A stretch of DNA of 64,000 nucleotides from Psammoneis japonica. Taxonomy: Eukaryota. The position numbers were made by a program, and so were the translations under genes. The DNA is taken from the NCBI GenBank assembly GCA_008632985.1, contig QPGO01000097.1, positions 248,001 through 312,000 of the forward strand. The letters run 5' to 3'. Positions 37,621 through 49,685 of this stretch are shown one piece after another (positions within the stretch are counted from its first letter, which is position 1; each line of letters begins with the position of its first letter). Below the pieces are notes generated by a model. The model had not been told where the DNA came from. It did no database searches and was given only the letters and a program-made list of their open reading frames with translations.

Positions 37621-40600
37621 TCACAGAGTGATCACATTCTTGCTTCCCCCAGATTGTCTTGTCCTTCTCTGAAGTGGCTTTGCCTGATGGATGTTCCAGC
37701 TCCTCATCTGGTTCAATCTCCTGCCCTTGTCTGGCTCAATCTCCTGCCTCATAGAAACACCAGTCAGTGCCTGCATTCTGGCCGGAACATTCTTCCGACA
37801 TGCTCACTTGTTTTTCTCATGGTCTCGGTGCAATGCAACTGCCTGCTTGTCAACCCAGCTTTGCAATGGCATCATGTGTCCACCCTTTCAAATCTTTCAT
37901 GCTCCCATGTTGTTGTGTCCTTTAACCATGTTTCTGGTCCAGCACAAGAACCTTGCTGTGCTCTCTTTCAGCAGACCCTTGACAGCTTCCCCACAGCAAG
38001 GTCCTCCAGAGAGATTGTCTCTTTGCCTTCATCCAGCCAGCTTGTTTGCCAAAATCCACTGACGTCAGTTGTGCCTTTGGACCCTTGATGGCTTCCCACC
38101 AGCCAGCCTTTTCAGCCTCTTGTCAGGATTTCATGGCTTGCCAGCTGGTGTGAGCTTGCTGGTCTCACCAATTCCCAAACTCACCACATGGATTGCAAGC
38201 ACATTTCCATTGTCATTGCCACCACTGCCATGTTGGCCAGGTGCAGAAGCTGCAATGTGAGCACAATGCTTGCAACTTGACAGGAGATGCAAGCACAAAT
38301 TTGCCACATCATCAACTGTCATCAGTGTGTCCTTCACTGCAATGTTGTCTGTCTTTCCTGCAAAAACTGCCTCACACCCCAATGTTTCAACAATCCACCA
38401 CACAAGTGCAGATCTCTTTCTCAACAAACAATGGCAGGCCATCATGGCTTGTCCAAAGCAGAGCTCCCAGAGTGAAGCAATTGTCTCTCATGAGCTGCTG
38501 CTTGCTGCAGCTGCCATTGTCATTTTGTTGTCATTGTCCGGATGATGTAACCAACCTTCTGCATTTGACAAAAACTCAGTGCATTTGACATCAAAATCAT
38601 TGTCAGCACACAAATTGTGCAGCAGCACCTCTGGCATCATGCTTGCACAGCTTGAAGTGGTGCACCCATTCGGTGTTTTTGGCACTCAAGTGCTGCCACC
38701 AGCACATCTTTCCACAATTTTTTTCCAACTGTTTTGCTTGCTTCTTCTGCCATGATGCCACTTCACCACTGGTGTTGGCAAAACAGAGCTTTTGTGCTGT
38801 GCTGCACATCTTTCTGGCCTTCACCTAAATCCAACAAGAGCAAAACAATGCAACAAGAACCCAAATGTCCATGTGTGCAACACACCCAATGTGACCTTTA
38901 AAAAGACAACAAGCTTCCCTTTGGGGCACCAGCCACATGTGTTTGTCCTGCTCCTCAACCCTTGGCCATTGCTGGCAACTGCTGCACTCAGTGCCACATG
39001 ACTGGAAGTGCACTTTTGTGTCTTCCAAGTTCTCTGCACTCTTGAAAACTTTCCACAATGATGTTTGTGCCATTTGCCCAGATCAGCTCTTCATTTGGCA
39101 CATTCTTTGTTTTGAGTTCTTTGGCCTGCACCTCTTCCCTTCATTCTGTGGTGGTTTGCTTTTGTTCTCTTGGCTGCATTTCCACACACACACAAAAAGC
39201 CACTTGTTGCTTGTGCAGCCTGCTCTCTGCATTGTCAGGCAGCGTTCATGACATGCTGCGGGGAAAAGCGGTGAATTGAGGGGCAACAACAGCTGCAGGA
39301 GGGGTGCACCCCAGTGCCAGCACATGATCAACATCATGACAGAAGCAGCTGGAAGCCACTGGCTGAAACAAAATGACACAAGTGCTCCCACTGCTGTTGT
39401 GCTGCATTGGCAAAGCTGTTTTTGTTCAATGCAAAAGATTTCCAGGGAGGGAGGCTTGCCAAGCTGACAGACATGAGGACTCAAAAGAACCAGCAATTTG
39501 CAGAGAGACAAGCTTTCTCTTGAAGACCCCACGTCTTTGAGATGTGAGGGCTTGAGATCTCAATGGAAGGCATGTGTGCAGTCAAAAGATCCAGCCATTT
39601 GCCAAGGCAAGCCCTCTTGAAGATTCCATGCCTTTGTGAGGTGAGGGCTCAAAGATGACATCAGCACATGAAGATTTTGAGTGTGAGAGTGGAGTGTGCA
39701 CCCCCGCCATTCTTGTCAGCTGCTGTGATGGTCAGAATGGAGCAAGGCAACCTTCTCAGCACACTTGCAGGCCTGTTTGTTTTTGCTCTTTTGAAGCATC
39801 TTCAGCTGTCCAGCTGCTGCTTCACACAAGTCATTGTCAACCATGTGCAGAGAAGAAGCCTGAAATGGGCATGCATCAGTGCACACCAAGAGCGGGGATG
39901 CAGCAGGATCTTCCTTGCCCACAGACATCAACTTGTGCAACAAGTGCCATGTTGACCACATGAGCTGCTAGCAAAAATGATGTGTTTGCTGCACAAGTGA
40001 AAAAAAATGTGTGCCAATGGCATGTGAGCAAATGCAGTCAGTCAAAAGTCATTTGTCACAACAATGAAAAGCTCTTCTTTGGGCACAGTCTTTGGAAGAT
40101 GGTGTGACAACTTCTTTTTGTGTGGAAACACAACAAAACTGCAGCAACAGTGCTGCACACAGGCTGAGACATGTGTGTGTCTGTGCACAAAAGCATGTCA
40201 TTTGTCAGGCACCACACTGCAAATCAGATGTGACATGTGACACTGCCACAAACAAGAAAGGAACATCAAAGAAGAAGTGCTTGATGTCATGAGCTTGGCC
40301 CAATGCTCAAGCATTTCCCTGACAATTTAGATGCTGTGGTGAGCCCCCAAACACTTGGTTCCTTCCCTTGCTTGGGCATGCATGGTGAGCCAGCCACAAG
40401 CGCAAGGCACTGTGTGATGTTGTGCATCAAGGCTTGATGTGCAGGCCACTGAAGATGAGGAAACAAGTTCTTGCTCCTGCCCTCCTTCTTTTGTCAATGG
40501 CAGGAGGCCATGCAACACATTTGAGCAGAGCAAGCTGGTTGTCCCATTGCCTGCACATGTGCTGCCCACAGTAAAAAGAGATCCTTTGCTGTGTTTTGAT

Positions 40601-40697
40601 GAGTGCTGCCTTTGCAGTTGCAGTTTTGCTCAACCACTCAAGTGTTTTGTGACAACAAACCAGATGCACTGCTTGGCGCAGGTCAACAAATGCACAT

Positions 40698-40757
40698 CAG
40701 CACATGGCAATCTTCTGAGAGTGCAAGCAGCACATGGCAATCTTCTGTGAGTGCAAG
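40698..40757. repeat. 30-bp tandem duplication
   Basis: CAGCACATGGCAATCTTCTG(A/T)GAGTGCAAG occurs twice. Confidence 0.85.
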
Positions 40758-42620
40758 GGGGGATCCCTCTGCTCAACTGAGAGAGACAAACAAACTGCAA
40801 AGTGAGGGTGCCAAGTTTGTTGCACCTGAGCACAGGCTGTTTGGTCCAATGGCATTCAATCAAAGAAGAGTGGACATCTGTCGAGACATCACCATGCTGA
40901 GTGTTTTGTGTGTGCCGCCCTCTCAACACACAGGAACACAGAAAGCTGCAACAAAAAGAAGCACTGGCTCCAATCATTTCTGGGCCACTCCCACTCAATG
41001 GACACTGTGCTGCGTGCAGCACTTGTGCTGCAGTCTGCATGGGGGCTCTCCACTGCAGCAATTTGGAAATTCAACTGGCAGAAGAAGAAAAGAGTTCCAT
41101 TGCAGAGAAAAGACTGAAGGAACCACCAGCAGAATGAATCTTTTGTGATTGAGGTTTTAAAAAGCAAAGATGGTTCCATGTGAGTGGCAGATGCCAGCAA
41201 AATGTCTCAACAATGTCACGAATTTTCACAAGTGGAAAAAGTGAAGCCACAACAAGAGATGCAACATGTCATTTTGTCAAACTTGCATGTGATTGCATTG
41301 GGCAGGATGGGCGTTTCATAAAAACAGAGAAAGATTCAAAACAACTCATGGGCATGATGGCACACATGCAACTGAGGATGTCGTCCATCTCTCAATTCAA
41401 GTCAATCCTCAAACTCGCGCTCTTCCAATGCCAACAGTTCAGTGCTCCACATGCCAACGGTGTGCACTTCATCTCCCAGAAGTTTTGCTCATTTCACAGT
41501 CATGGATTTTGGAGCAATTGTCAGCCACTCCTCTTGCCCAGGCCACGAGCTTTCCGGCAAAGCATCAGCATCATGTGGGTGCACTTTTGCGTTGAGCACT
41601 TCCTTCACTTTTCGTTTTGTTGCAGCACCAGTTTGGCCATGCACTTGTGTGCTGCCAGAGCATCCAACATTTCCATTCTGTCCAAGTGCTGGTCTCCCGT
41701 TTAATGAGACACCTGTGCTTTGAGAGCACATTGTGCACTCTCACACTTGGCAAGAGCTGGCTCGAGTTTGCTGCGGCCGCACACCATTCAAGTTCCTCCT
41801 CTTGTTGCCAACAACTGGCTGCAAAATGTGTGCGTTTGCCTGCTTTGAGCACAACATTGTTTTGTTGAACTGAATTTGTTGGCTCGATCCAAAATCCAAG
41901 CTTGGATGCACAGCCCATTCTGCCACCGGCAGCTCAATTTTCCACACCCCTTCTGAAAAATCTGCCACCTTCTGTGTCCTTCGCACTGGTTGATGTGGGG
42001 GTGGCTGAAGAAACTGGTCTCAAGACACTTCCACCATTTAGCAATGGATCTATGAGTTTTGATGGAGTGAATCAACTTCCATTTCAAAAGGCAGAACAAG
42101 ACGAGCCCCCCAGAGGCCGCCCATTCCTCGCTCACGTCAGCATCCGACGATGATTCTCGACCAATGTTTCAAGTCAATTGCCATGATGTGGGAGCCCAGG
42201 GTGACAAAAATGCAGACACAGAAAAGGAAAGAAGGACCACAGATGAAATTAACCACAAGTAGTCCACCATTTCCTCAACTCGTTTGGTTCGATCTGCTTT
42301 TTGCGTTCCGCCCACAGCCCACCGCCGCCGCCACGTGTCTCCTCACGGGACTCAACTGCCAATTTGATTCCCGTATGTCGAGGCTTATGTGCGCGATCGA
42401 CTGCGCCGTATGAAATGCTGAACCTTGCGTATGTACGCTTTCTACCAACAGCTTACATACGTGAGTGTCCATACGTTCTCTACTACAACTTTGATTTCTC
42501 CAAGATCGTTTGGCTTCGCACGCACAGAGCGAGCAACAGCAGAGGACAGCGGCGGCGCTGGACCGTATCGTAATAGTCATTGTAAACATTACAAACGGCA
42601 TTCATCACGACCAAGTGACC

Positions 42621-43951
42621 ATGTCGTCGGAGGGCCCTTACGCAAGGCCTGGCTACAATGCCAATGCCGGTGGCGGAAGCTATACTTCAGCGCCGGGAGG
42701 TGGAGGTTACATGGCACCGCAAGGATATGGCGGTGCTTCATACTCTGCGCCGACGCCAACAGCGGGCTACGGAGGAGGTCAATACGGACAGGCTCCAGAT
42801 GCGTATCAGGTATGATGCTGACACTGTATTATTTTTGATATCGGATAATTAGTGTTTATGTTTGAGACATATTCACAGAATTGTGTTTAGTTCAGTTCGG
42901 GTGTTATTCTGAGGATGAGCAGAGTGAAAAAGCACGGCTGAAATCTGAAATCACCAGTTGCGCGAACATACACTCCGCGGTTCATGAAGTGTTTATATTG
43001 TTATTTCTGACTGTCCCGTATCTGCATTCTCTCATCCATATGTGCGTCTTCCTCTGCCAACACCACCAGAGCGATAGGAGTGAAGAAGATAAAGGCAGAG
43101 CCGGAAAGAAGAGTCTCGCGTTGCAGGCGCTCAACAAGAATGTACTCATTTGGGCTGGCTTTTTCACCGCCTCGCTCTTTGTCTACTTTCTGCTTTCTGG
43201 CGGAGATTTCTCCTTCCTTATGACTTACGGCGCCATGGCTCGGATGTTTGGATTTGGTATTCTAAACGTCAAGACGTTCAAAAGTCAACGGGCAACGGGG
43301 GTATCCATCAAGACCTTGCAACTATATTCGATCGTTTTCTTCTTCCGCCTCACCTCTATTATTCGCCACGAAGGATACCTACCTTACGATAAATCCGGGG
43401 ATTGGCTCTACCACTTCATCGAAATCATGGCTTTGATCTTCTCGTCGAGTGCGCTCTGGGGATGCATGAAGCCCTTCAACTCCACGTACCAGGCTGATTT
43501 GGACAGATTCGGAGAAATGAATGTTCCTCCGGGATTTGGAGCAGTTTGGTTGGCGGTACCCGTTCTTATTATTGCGATCTTTATTCACCCCAATCTCAAC
43601 AGCGACTTTCTCAGTGACGTTGCCTGGACTTACGCAATGTACCTGGAGTCGACCGCACTCATCCCTCAGCTCTTTATGTTTCAAAAGCAGACTTCTGGCG
43701 TTGTTGAACTTTTGACTGCGCACTTTGTCGCTGCGTTAGGCTTTGGACGAATCATGGAATTCTGTTTCTGGATTTACAGCTATCACGAGCTTGCGAATAG
43801 CTCGGGGTCCACGCTCCCAGGATACCTTGCTCTGTTCTCACAGTTCATGCAATTGGTTCTCATGCTCGACTTTTTCTACTACTACTACATGGCGGTCAAG
43901 AATGCCACGCCTCTGGTGCTGCCTTCGCACAACGGGGTAGGAATCGTCTAG
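42621..43951 (+). CDS. ER lumen protein-retaining receptor family (ERD2-like/ERP); exons 42621-42809 and 43070-43951
   Basis: GVSIKTLQLY, YLPYDKSGDWLY, MYLESTALIPQLFMFQK, LTAHFVAALG; several TM helices; G/Y-rich N-terminal exon. Confidence 0.88.
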
Positions 43952-44516
43952 GCTAAAAGGGGTGAGATTTGATCACAAACCTAAGAAAAGAAGCGAACCT
44001 TGAATGCATAGGCGGCAACACGCAAGTGTTGGGAGTAGATAGTGTCGAGATTCTGCAAAATAGGATAACCAGTATTGTACCATATTGTACTTTCTTTGAG
44101 GACCTACAGTACGAACTTGCCCCCGCGGACGGGGCAAGCTGTCTAACGTGACATTTAGAATGCCTCGGGACGTGAGGAAGCCGCGGACAACTCGTGCTCG
44201 TGCACTACGTACTTCTATGAATACCCTTGCTACTGTAGCTAGAGTACGTAGCTACTACTCGTAGCTAGAGCGAGAGACCCTACTAACATACTGTAACTCG
44301 GCATCTTCTGTCTCAAGTCTCAAGGCTGTCAAAAAATGTGCTGAGCGCCACCTGGCTGAGCTCTGTCGCACTGTACAGTACAGTACTTGTATTCGCGCGC
44401 GCGCGCGCGTCGTGTCGGCACTCGGTCTGCCTGGGGGTCCTGGGTCCTGGGTCGCAACCATCATACCGGTATCACTACACCATACATGTGACCTTGATGC
44501 TAAAAACGAACGAACC

Positions 44517-45461
44517 ATGAGTAGTCGATCGCGAGAGTTATTGAATAGCATCCCTCCTGCTTCTCTTGCGTGTATATGCTTATGCTCCGTGATGTATCTC
44601 TTCCAGTGTGTTTCTGATCCTTTTATGCATCACTTCACTTTTTGCGCGAGAGACATCATCTACTTGCACGAGTACTACCGCTTCATGACGTCAACCCTCT
44701 TCCACGGAAGCTTAATGCATATCGCAATGAATATGATGTCGACAGCCACGATCAGCAGCATGCTTGAGAAGCGTTTTGGTACGCTGATGCTCGTCGTTAC
44801 AATTCTCTGGGCAGTCCTACTCGTGCCGGCAATGCACACCGTCTTAGCTCTGCTTGGTTCATCATTACTTGGCTTGGACGATCTCATGTATCAGCATTCC
44901 GTTGGTTTCTCTGGTGTCATTTTTCACCTGTCTGTATTGGAAGCTAATCTAACGCCACATCACGCACGCAGTGTCTTTGGTTTCGCTACCGTTCCATCCT
45001 TCCTGTATCCATGGGCTCTCCTCGGTGCGCTCCAGGTGTTTATGCCAAACTTGTCATTCATGGGGCACTTGTCTGGTATTCTTACTGGTACTCTCCAACT
45101 CTATGGGGCTCTTGATGTTTTATTTGTTGGACCAGAGTTTCTCATTGAACTGGAAGGATTCGATGGCATTCGTTTCATCACATCACTATCAAACTTTGTA
45201 AAGACACCGAGTACAGGGGAGATCGGCCGGGCCCAAATGCAGCGGGATCCGGCATCTCTGCTAAGGGCTATACTGAAGGGCTTCAGTATGATCTTTAAAC
45301 TTATCAGAGACATTTTGGAGACCATCAAATACTGTATCTTAGGTTCTGGGCATGAAGCGAACTCGAACATCCAGCTGTCGACTGATCAAGATGAGGATGA
45401 GTGGGTCGGACTTGCACCCTTGCAAGACTCGCATTGCGAATCAGAATCACGACTAGTGTGA
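44517..45461 (+). CDS. Rhomboid intramembrane serine protease (RHBDD1/RBL14-like)
   Basis: YYRFMTSTLFHGSLMHIAMN, catalytic VGFSGVIF and SFMGHLSG. Confidence 0.88.
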   Translation: MSSRSRELLNSIPPASLACICLCSVMYLFQCVSDPFMHHFTFCARDIIYLHEYYRFMTSTLFHGSLMHIAMNMMSTATISSMLEKRFGTLMLVVTILWAVLLVPAMHTVLALLGSSLLGLDDLMYQHSVGFSGVIFHLSVLEANLTPHHARSVFGFATVPSFLYPWALLGALQVFMPNLSFMGHLSGILTGTLQLYGALDVLFVGPEFLIELEGFDGIRFITSLSNFVKTPSTGEIGRAQMQRDPASLLRAILKGFSMIFKLIRDILETIKYCILGSGHEANSNIQLSTDQDEDEWVGLAPLQDSHCESESRLV

Positions 45462-45479
45462 GGTGAATGAATTTTGTTA

Positions 45480-48400
45480 CTAGTGGATACGACGACTGTT
45501 TATTCTATGAAAGAAATGAATCAAGAGTTTGAAAAGGCTTCTAGTATCCAAACTAAGAACCTCATACCCGGCCCAGGTCAGAGTTGCCGTTTCAGCGGTT
45601 GATCCAGAGCGCTGCGATTCACGGTCTGACCGGAATTTCTTGATATCATTGATTCCAAGTCTGATACCGCCACTGGTTGTCTTCCTCGCAAGCATCTCTT
45701 GTGAGTATCCAGTGCTTAAGGGCGGGGCCTTTGAAGACGCAGCCCCTGTCCTCGGTACAATTTCACTTATGAGAACACGTCGACCATCTCTTGCGTATAG
45801 TTTGTCCCAAAATCCAATAGGTCCGTTTTTTCTAACTCTAGTAGTGCGGCTGCTTCTCTTTGAATTCGATCGAATTGCAGCCGGCCAAACGAAATTTCCG
45901 ACCAGTTTCGAGTAACTTCTGTCGCAAGAGTCTTGTCAGGTTCTGTCTTTCGGTCTATTAAGCCCTTAACGTAAACAGCAAAGTCGCCCTTGCTGAGTGG
46001 CTCCAGTGATTTCTCTTTGAAGCTATCCAGAAACCTCAGAATTTCCGTGGTCAGCTTTTCTACAGGCGCAACGCTAGACTGAACGATAAGAGAAAGGCTC
46101 CTAGTCTGAGAATCTGGTGCCTTGAGTCCAGAGGATACGATGTACCCCAGCTGTTGCTTCTACGAAACGTAGTACGTATGAAGAGAAGAGTGGTATAGTG
46201 AGCTGATGCAAATACGTCAAGATATTGATTGCCAGTGGCCTGTTACTTACCGTTCTGAGCTCATCGTAGAAAGGTTCCTCCAATATAGCACTGACGATCT
46301 CAATCAACACATGATCCTTTTCAGTTTCACCGAGACTCTGTAAAAGTACTTGTGTTGCACTGCGAAAGCAAATGTTAAAAATGAAAAACAAAAAGTCATG
46401 TCATTTTCATGGTGTGAACTGCAGACTTACGCGTTACTGTTGGAAGGATTTGGCTCCGAGATAGTAAGACGAGTCGGCGACGATCCAGCAGCACTCGGTG
46501 GTAACTTCAGAGCTCGAAGCCTCGGAGGGTAATCCGATGATGCTATCGTGCGAAACGAGAGAGCTTCATCAATGGCATTCACTAGATTCTCAGCGTCCTT
46601 CGTTTCTAGATTTCCTTGAATCAGAGCTTCGCCCTTGCCCGACGCCCATAGCGTTCTCGCATACGCCACCAGGTCCGCTCTCGTCGTTTTCTCGATGGCA
46701 TCACGAAGCTCAGCGTTGGTGTATTGAAATCGTAACGGCGACAGCGTCAGAGCAGAATAATAAATGGCGTGTGAATATGCTGCCTTTACGTCAAACGCTG
46801 TTAAGGCTCGCACAATCCTATCTTTGTATCGATCAAACTCCATATCATCTGGTGGAAGGATGCTGTCGACACTGCGGGCCAGCCTTTCTGCGATGTATTC
46901 TGCGAACATCTGGAGTTTTTCAGAGTATCCACCGAAGGTAATTCTTATTCCCCGTGGCAGAACCTGAGACCATATCGATGAGAAAGCAAGTATTTAGATC
47001 CCCTCAACCGAAGAGACTGTGAAGCCGTCTATTGAAAAGCAATCTATCCCTTTTGATCCACTTACCTGAACGTCGTATGTCAAACCAGCCAATCTTGCGT
47101 CATAGGCGTATTCCTCGAGATGGTCGTTTGCGCATGTTTGATACAGCTGTGCCAATACTGCTGCCGTGGCAGAAGCATAAACTTCCTTGGTCAATAACTG
47201 AAACACCAGGAACGCTTTTGGCTGGCCAAAGCGATCATCTTGTTTAAAATACACAGTCCAGCGACCTTCGTCTCCGTCGTCTCGAATAACCTTCGGTGGT
47301 GTAATGGGTTGCATCCTCGACTCAAACGATCGTTTCTTTGCTTTGCTTACAACAGTGGGGCGTTTTAGAACACGCAAACCCCTTTCTGAGGGTATGAAAA
47401 CATTTGGCTTTGGAAATGACAATCCCAACTTCTCCGGGCTCGCACAATTTCGCAATTTTCCCAGCGTTGACGCTGGAATTGGTGTCACGCTATAATTCGT
47501 CCCGTACCACTTTTCCACTTTATCTGCTCTGTTCGCAAAGGATTTACTCAGAACAGTGACCATTAAGTTGTCCACACTGAGCTTTGATACAAAATCGTGT
47601 GCCGCATTCTTGGCCATTTCAAGCTGCGAATCAGACGAGAAAGATGTACGTGGCGCACTGGATGAAATCAAACGCGAGTCCGAATCAACCAGTGCCAGTC
47701 TTCGTGGTCCGGCGACATAAAGTGACGGCGGATATTTCTGCATCGCCGTCACCAACGATTGAACATAACTACCCGGATTGCCTTTAGTCGCAAAACGCCA
47801 GTCTAGTTCATCGAGTTGCAAAACTTCCTTGAAGATATAGTCAGGTATATTGGAGTCCAGCATGAAAATGTAAGAGAAGACAGCTTCGATCACCTTGTCT
47901 ACGTCAACGAGTCCTTTGCTTGTGAGCTCCACGGTCACGTCAAATGTCTCAAAGTCACTAAGATCTGCGTTAGAACCAGCGCCCAGAGCATTGGCAAACC
48001 CTTCACGCCTGAGATAGGAAAAGAGTGATCCAGGACCCTCATGACCAATGAGATTTGACACATATTCTTCAGGCTTTGTCAGTCGACTATAAAGACGGTC
48101 TTGCTCTGACTTGTAGACAATAGGCCAAGTCAACGTCACTTGCCGTAAATCTTGGACAGGCACGACCTCTACCTTATGCTTAAACGAAGGAACCTCACTG
48201 TTGCTGTTGAAAGGTAGAATTCCAGCCCATGCCTCCTCAGGTTTAGAGACCTTACGGTTAGGTACCTCACCAAACGCTTTCGACACAAGACGTTTCAGCT
48301 CCAGAATTGATTGGGGAGCGACAACGGCCAGTGTCATCTGATTTGCCGAATAATAGCGATTGTAAAAGTCGATGAGCTGGCCCCGGAGATTTATTCCCTG

Positions 48401-49300
48401 CTTTTTCGTGTCGTCTAAAAGAGTCTTTTTGTTACCTGTGAAGAATTTGCTGTACGGATGTTCATGACTGGCACGAGACTTTTCGATCTGATATATTCGG
48501 AACACGTCATTCTGTAGATTCTTTGCGTTCTCACTTTCGATGGCATTCAATTCCCGGCCCGTGGCGCCCTCGGTGAATAGAGGCGATGTAAAGAGCGAAC
48601 CAAAGCGAACTAGTCCTTCTCCAAATTTCGCATCCTCCTCAGCTTCCATATCGAAGTAGTAAACTGTGTCCTCACTATCAGTGAAAGCGTTCGACGAACC
48701 CCCGTTGGCGGCTAGGAACGCTGAAAAGGATCCTTCTTCTGGATATAGTTTGCTGCCGAGAAAGGACATGTGTTCGGTGAAATGTGCTAACCCTGGGACT
48801 TGATCAGGATCAGAACAAGCTCCGACGTGCACGTCCATTGCACACGCAGCAGCATTGGATGACTGATCAGAACAGAGCAAGATACGCATTCCATTCTCTA
48901 GCTCATAGGTCGCATAGTCTCGGTCGTCGAGAGGTGGCTTCAGAACGTCGTCAAACGATGTTGATCCTTCCAATTCCTTTGCCATAGCAGCCGGGGGCTT
49001 CTCACCAAGCCCGATGCTAGGTATCAACGAAGAAGCGCCGAGCAACGAAAAAAGCAGTTGTCGGCGACGAACACTATCTGCATCGGGTTGACGCGTGTCG
49101 GGCGTCGCCCAAACAGTAGAGCGATCGTCACACGATAGTCCCTGATGTTCTACATCTGATGATTTCTCGGAGAAAAAACAAATGGGCAAACGACCATCAA
49201 CTGCATGAAAATGCGAAGTGCTAATGAAAGCAGAAGAACAGACCAGAAAACAAGCTATCAAGACGCAGAGAAACGTTGAAGTCGGAATGAGATTCATCAT
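45480..49300 (-). CDS. M16A insulinase/pitrilysin-like metallopeptidase; exons 49300-47066, 46963-46431, 46359-46251, 46159-45480; apparent 1-nt frameshift near 45810
   Basis: GLAHFTEHM (HxxEH), NAFTDSEDTVYYF, LIGHEGPGSL, PFYDELRTKQQLGYIV across three GT-AG introns. Confidence 0.9.
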
Positions 49301-49685
49301 TTCTCAGGAAAGTGATTCGAGAGGAGAAGAATCCATGTGGCGATCGCGAAGACGACTCTTAGCACTACAGAAGATTGAAGTGCTACTACAGAGGCGTAAT
49401 CCAATTCCACCGCAACCTTCAATCCCTCTACCAATCAATCAATCGCAAGTGGCATACCGGTAGCGGCAGTCGGCAGTTGGCATGAAACTGTCATCACTCA
49501 TCACCTGTCACGCACCTGTCACCAAACACGCACCACAAACCGCCCCCGGGTGTGGTGAGGGCGGATAGATTCAGGCTCTTAAACATTTATACATATATTT
49601 ATGAATATATATGTTTACAAAATTGCGCGGCAAAAAATTCGAAGGTGCGTGGAATCTTGACCACCATGCATGATCAACTGAAAAC

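Larger units (their letters stand above)
28640..42290. repeat. 13.6-kb island of nested, heavily decayed repeats and TE relics
   Basis: Hand count for 32701-33300: 2 TA and 0 CG in 600 nt. Contains internal dispersed and tandem repeats and a Copia gag remnant. Boundaries are approximate. Confidence 0.8.

Noticed and set aside
28711..42153. Dozens of overlapping ORFs, including the 340-aa ORF at 33762-34784
   Set aside because: Same stop-codon-depletion artefact. Only the gag remnant at ~36950-37620 was recognisable.
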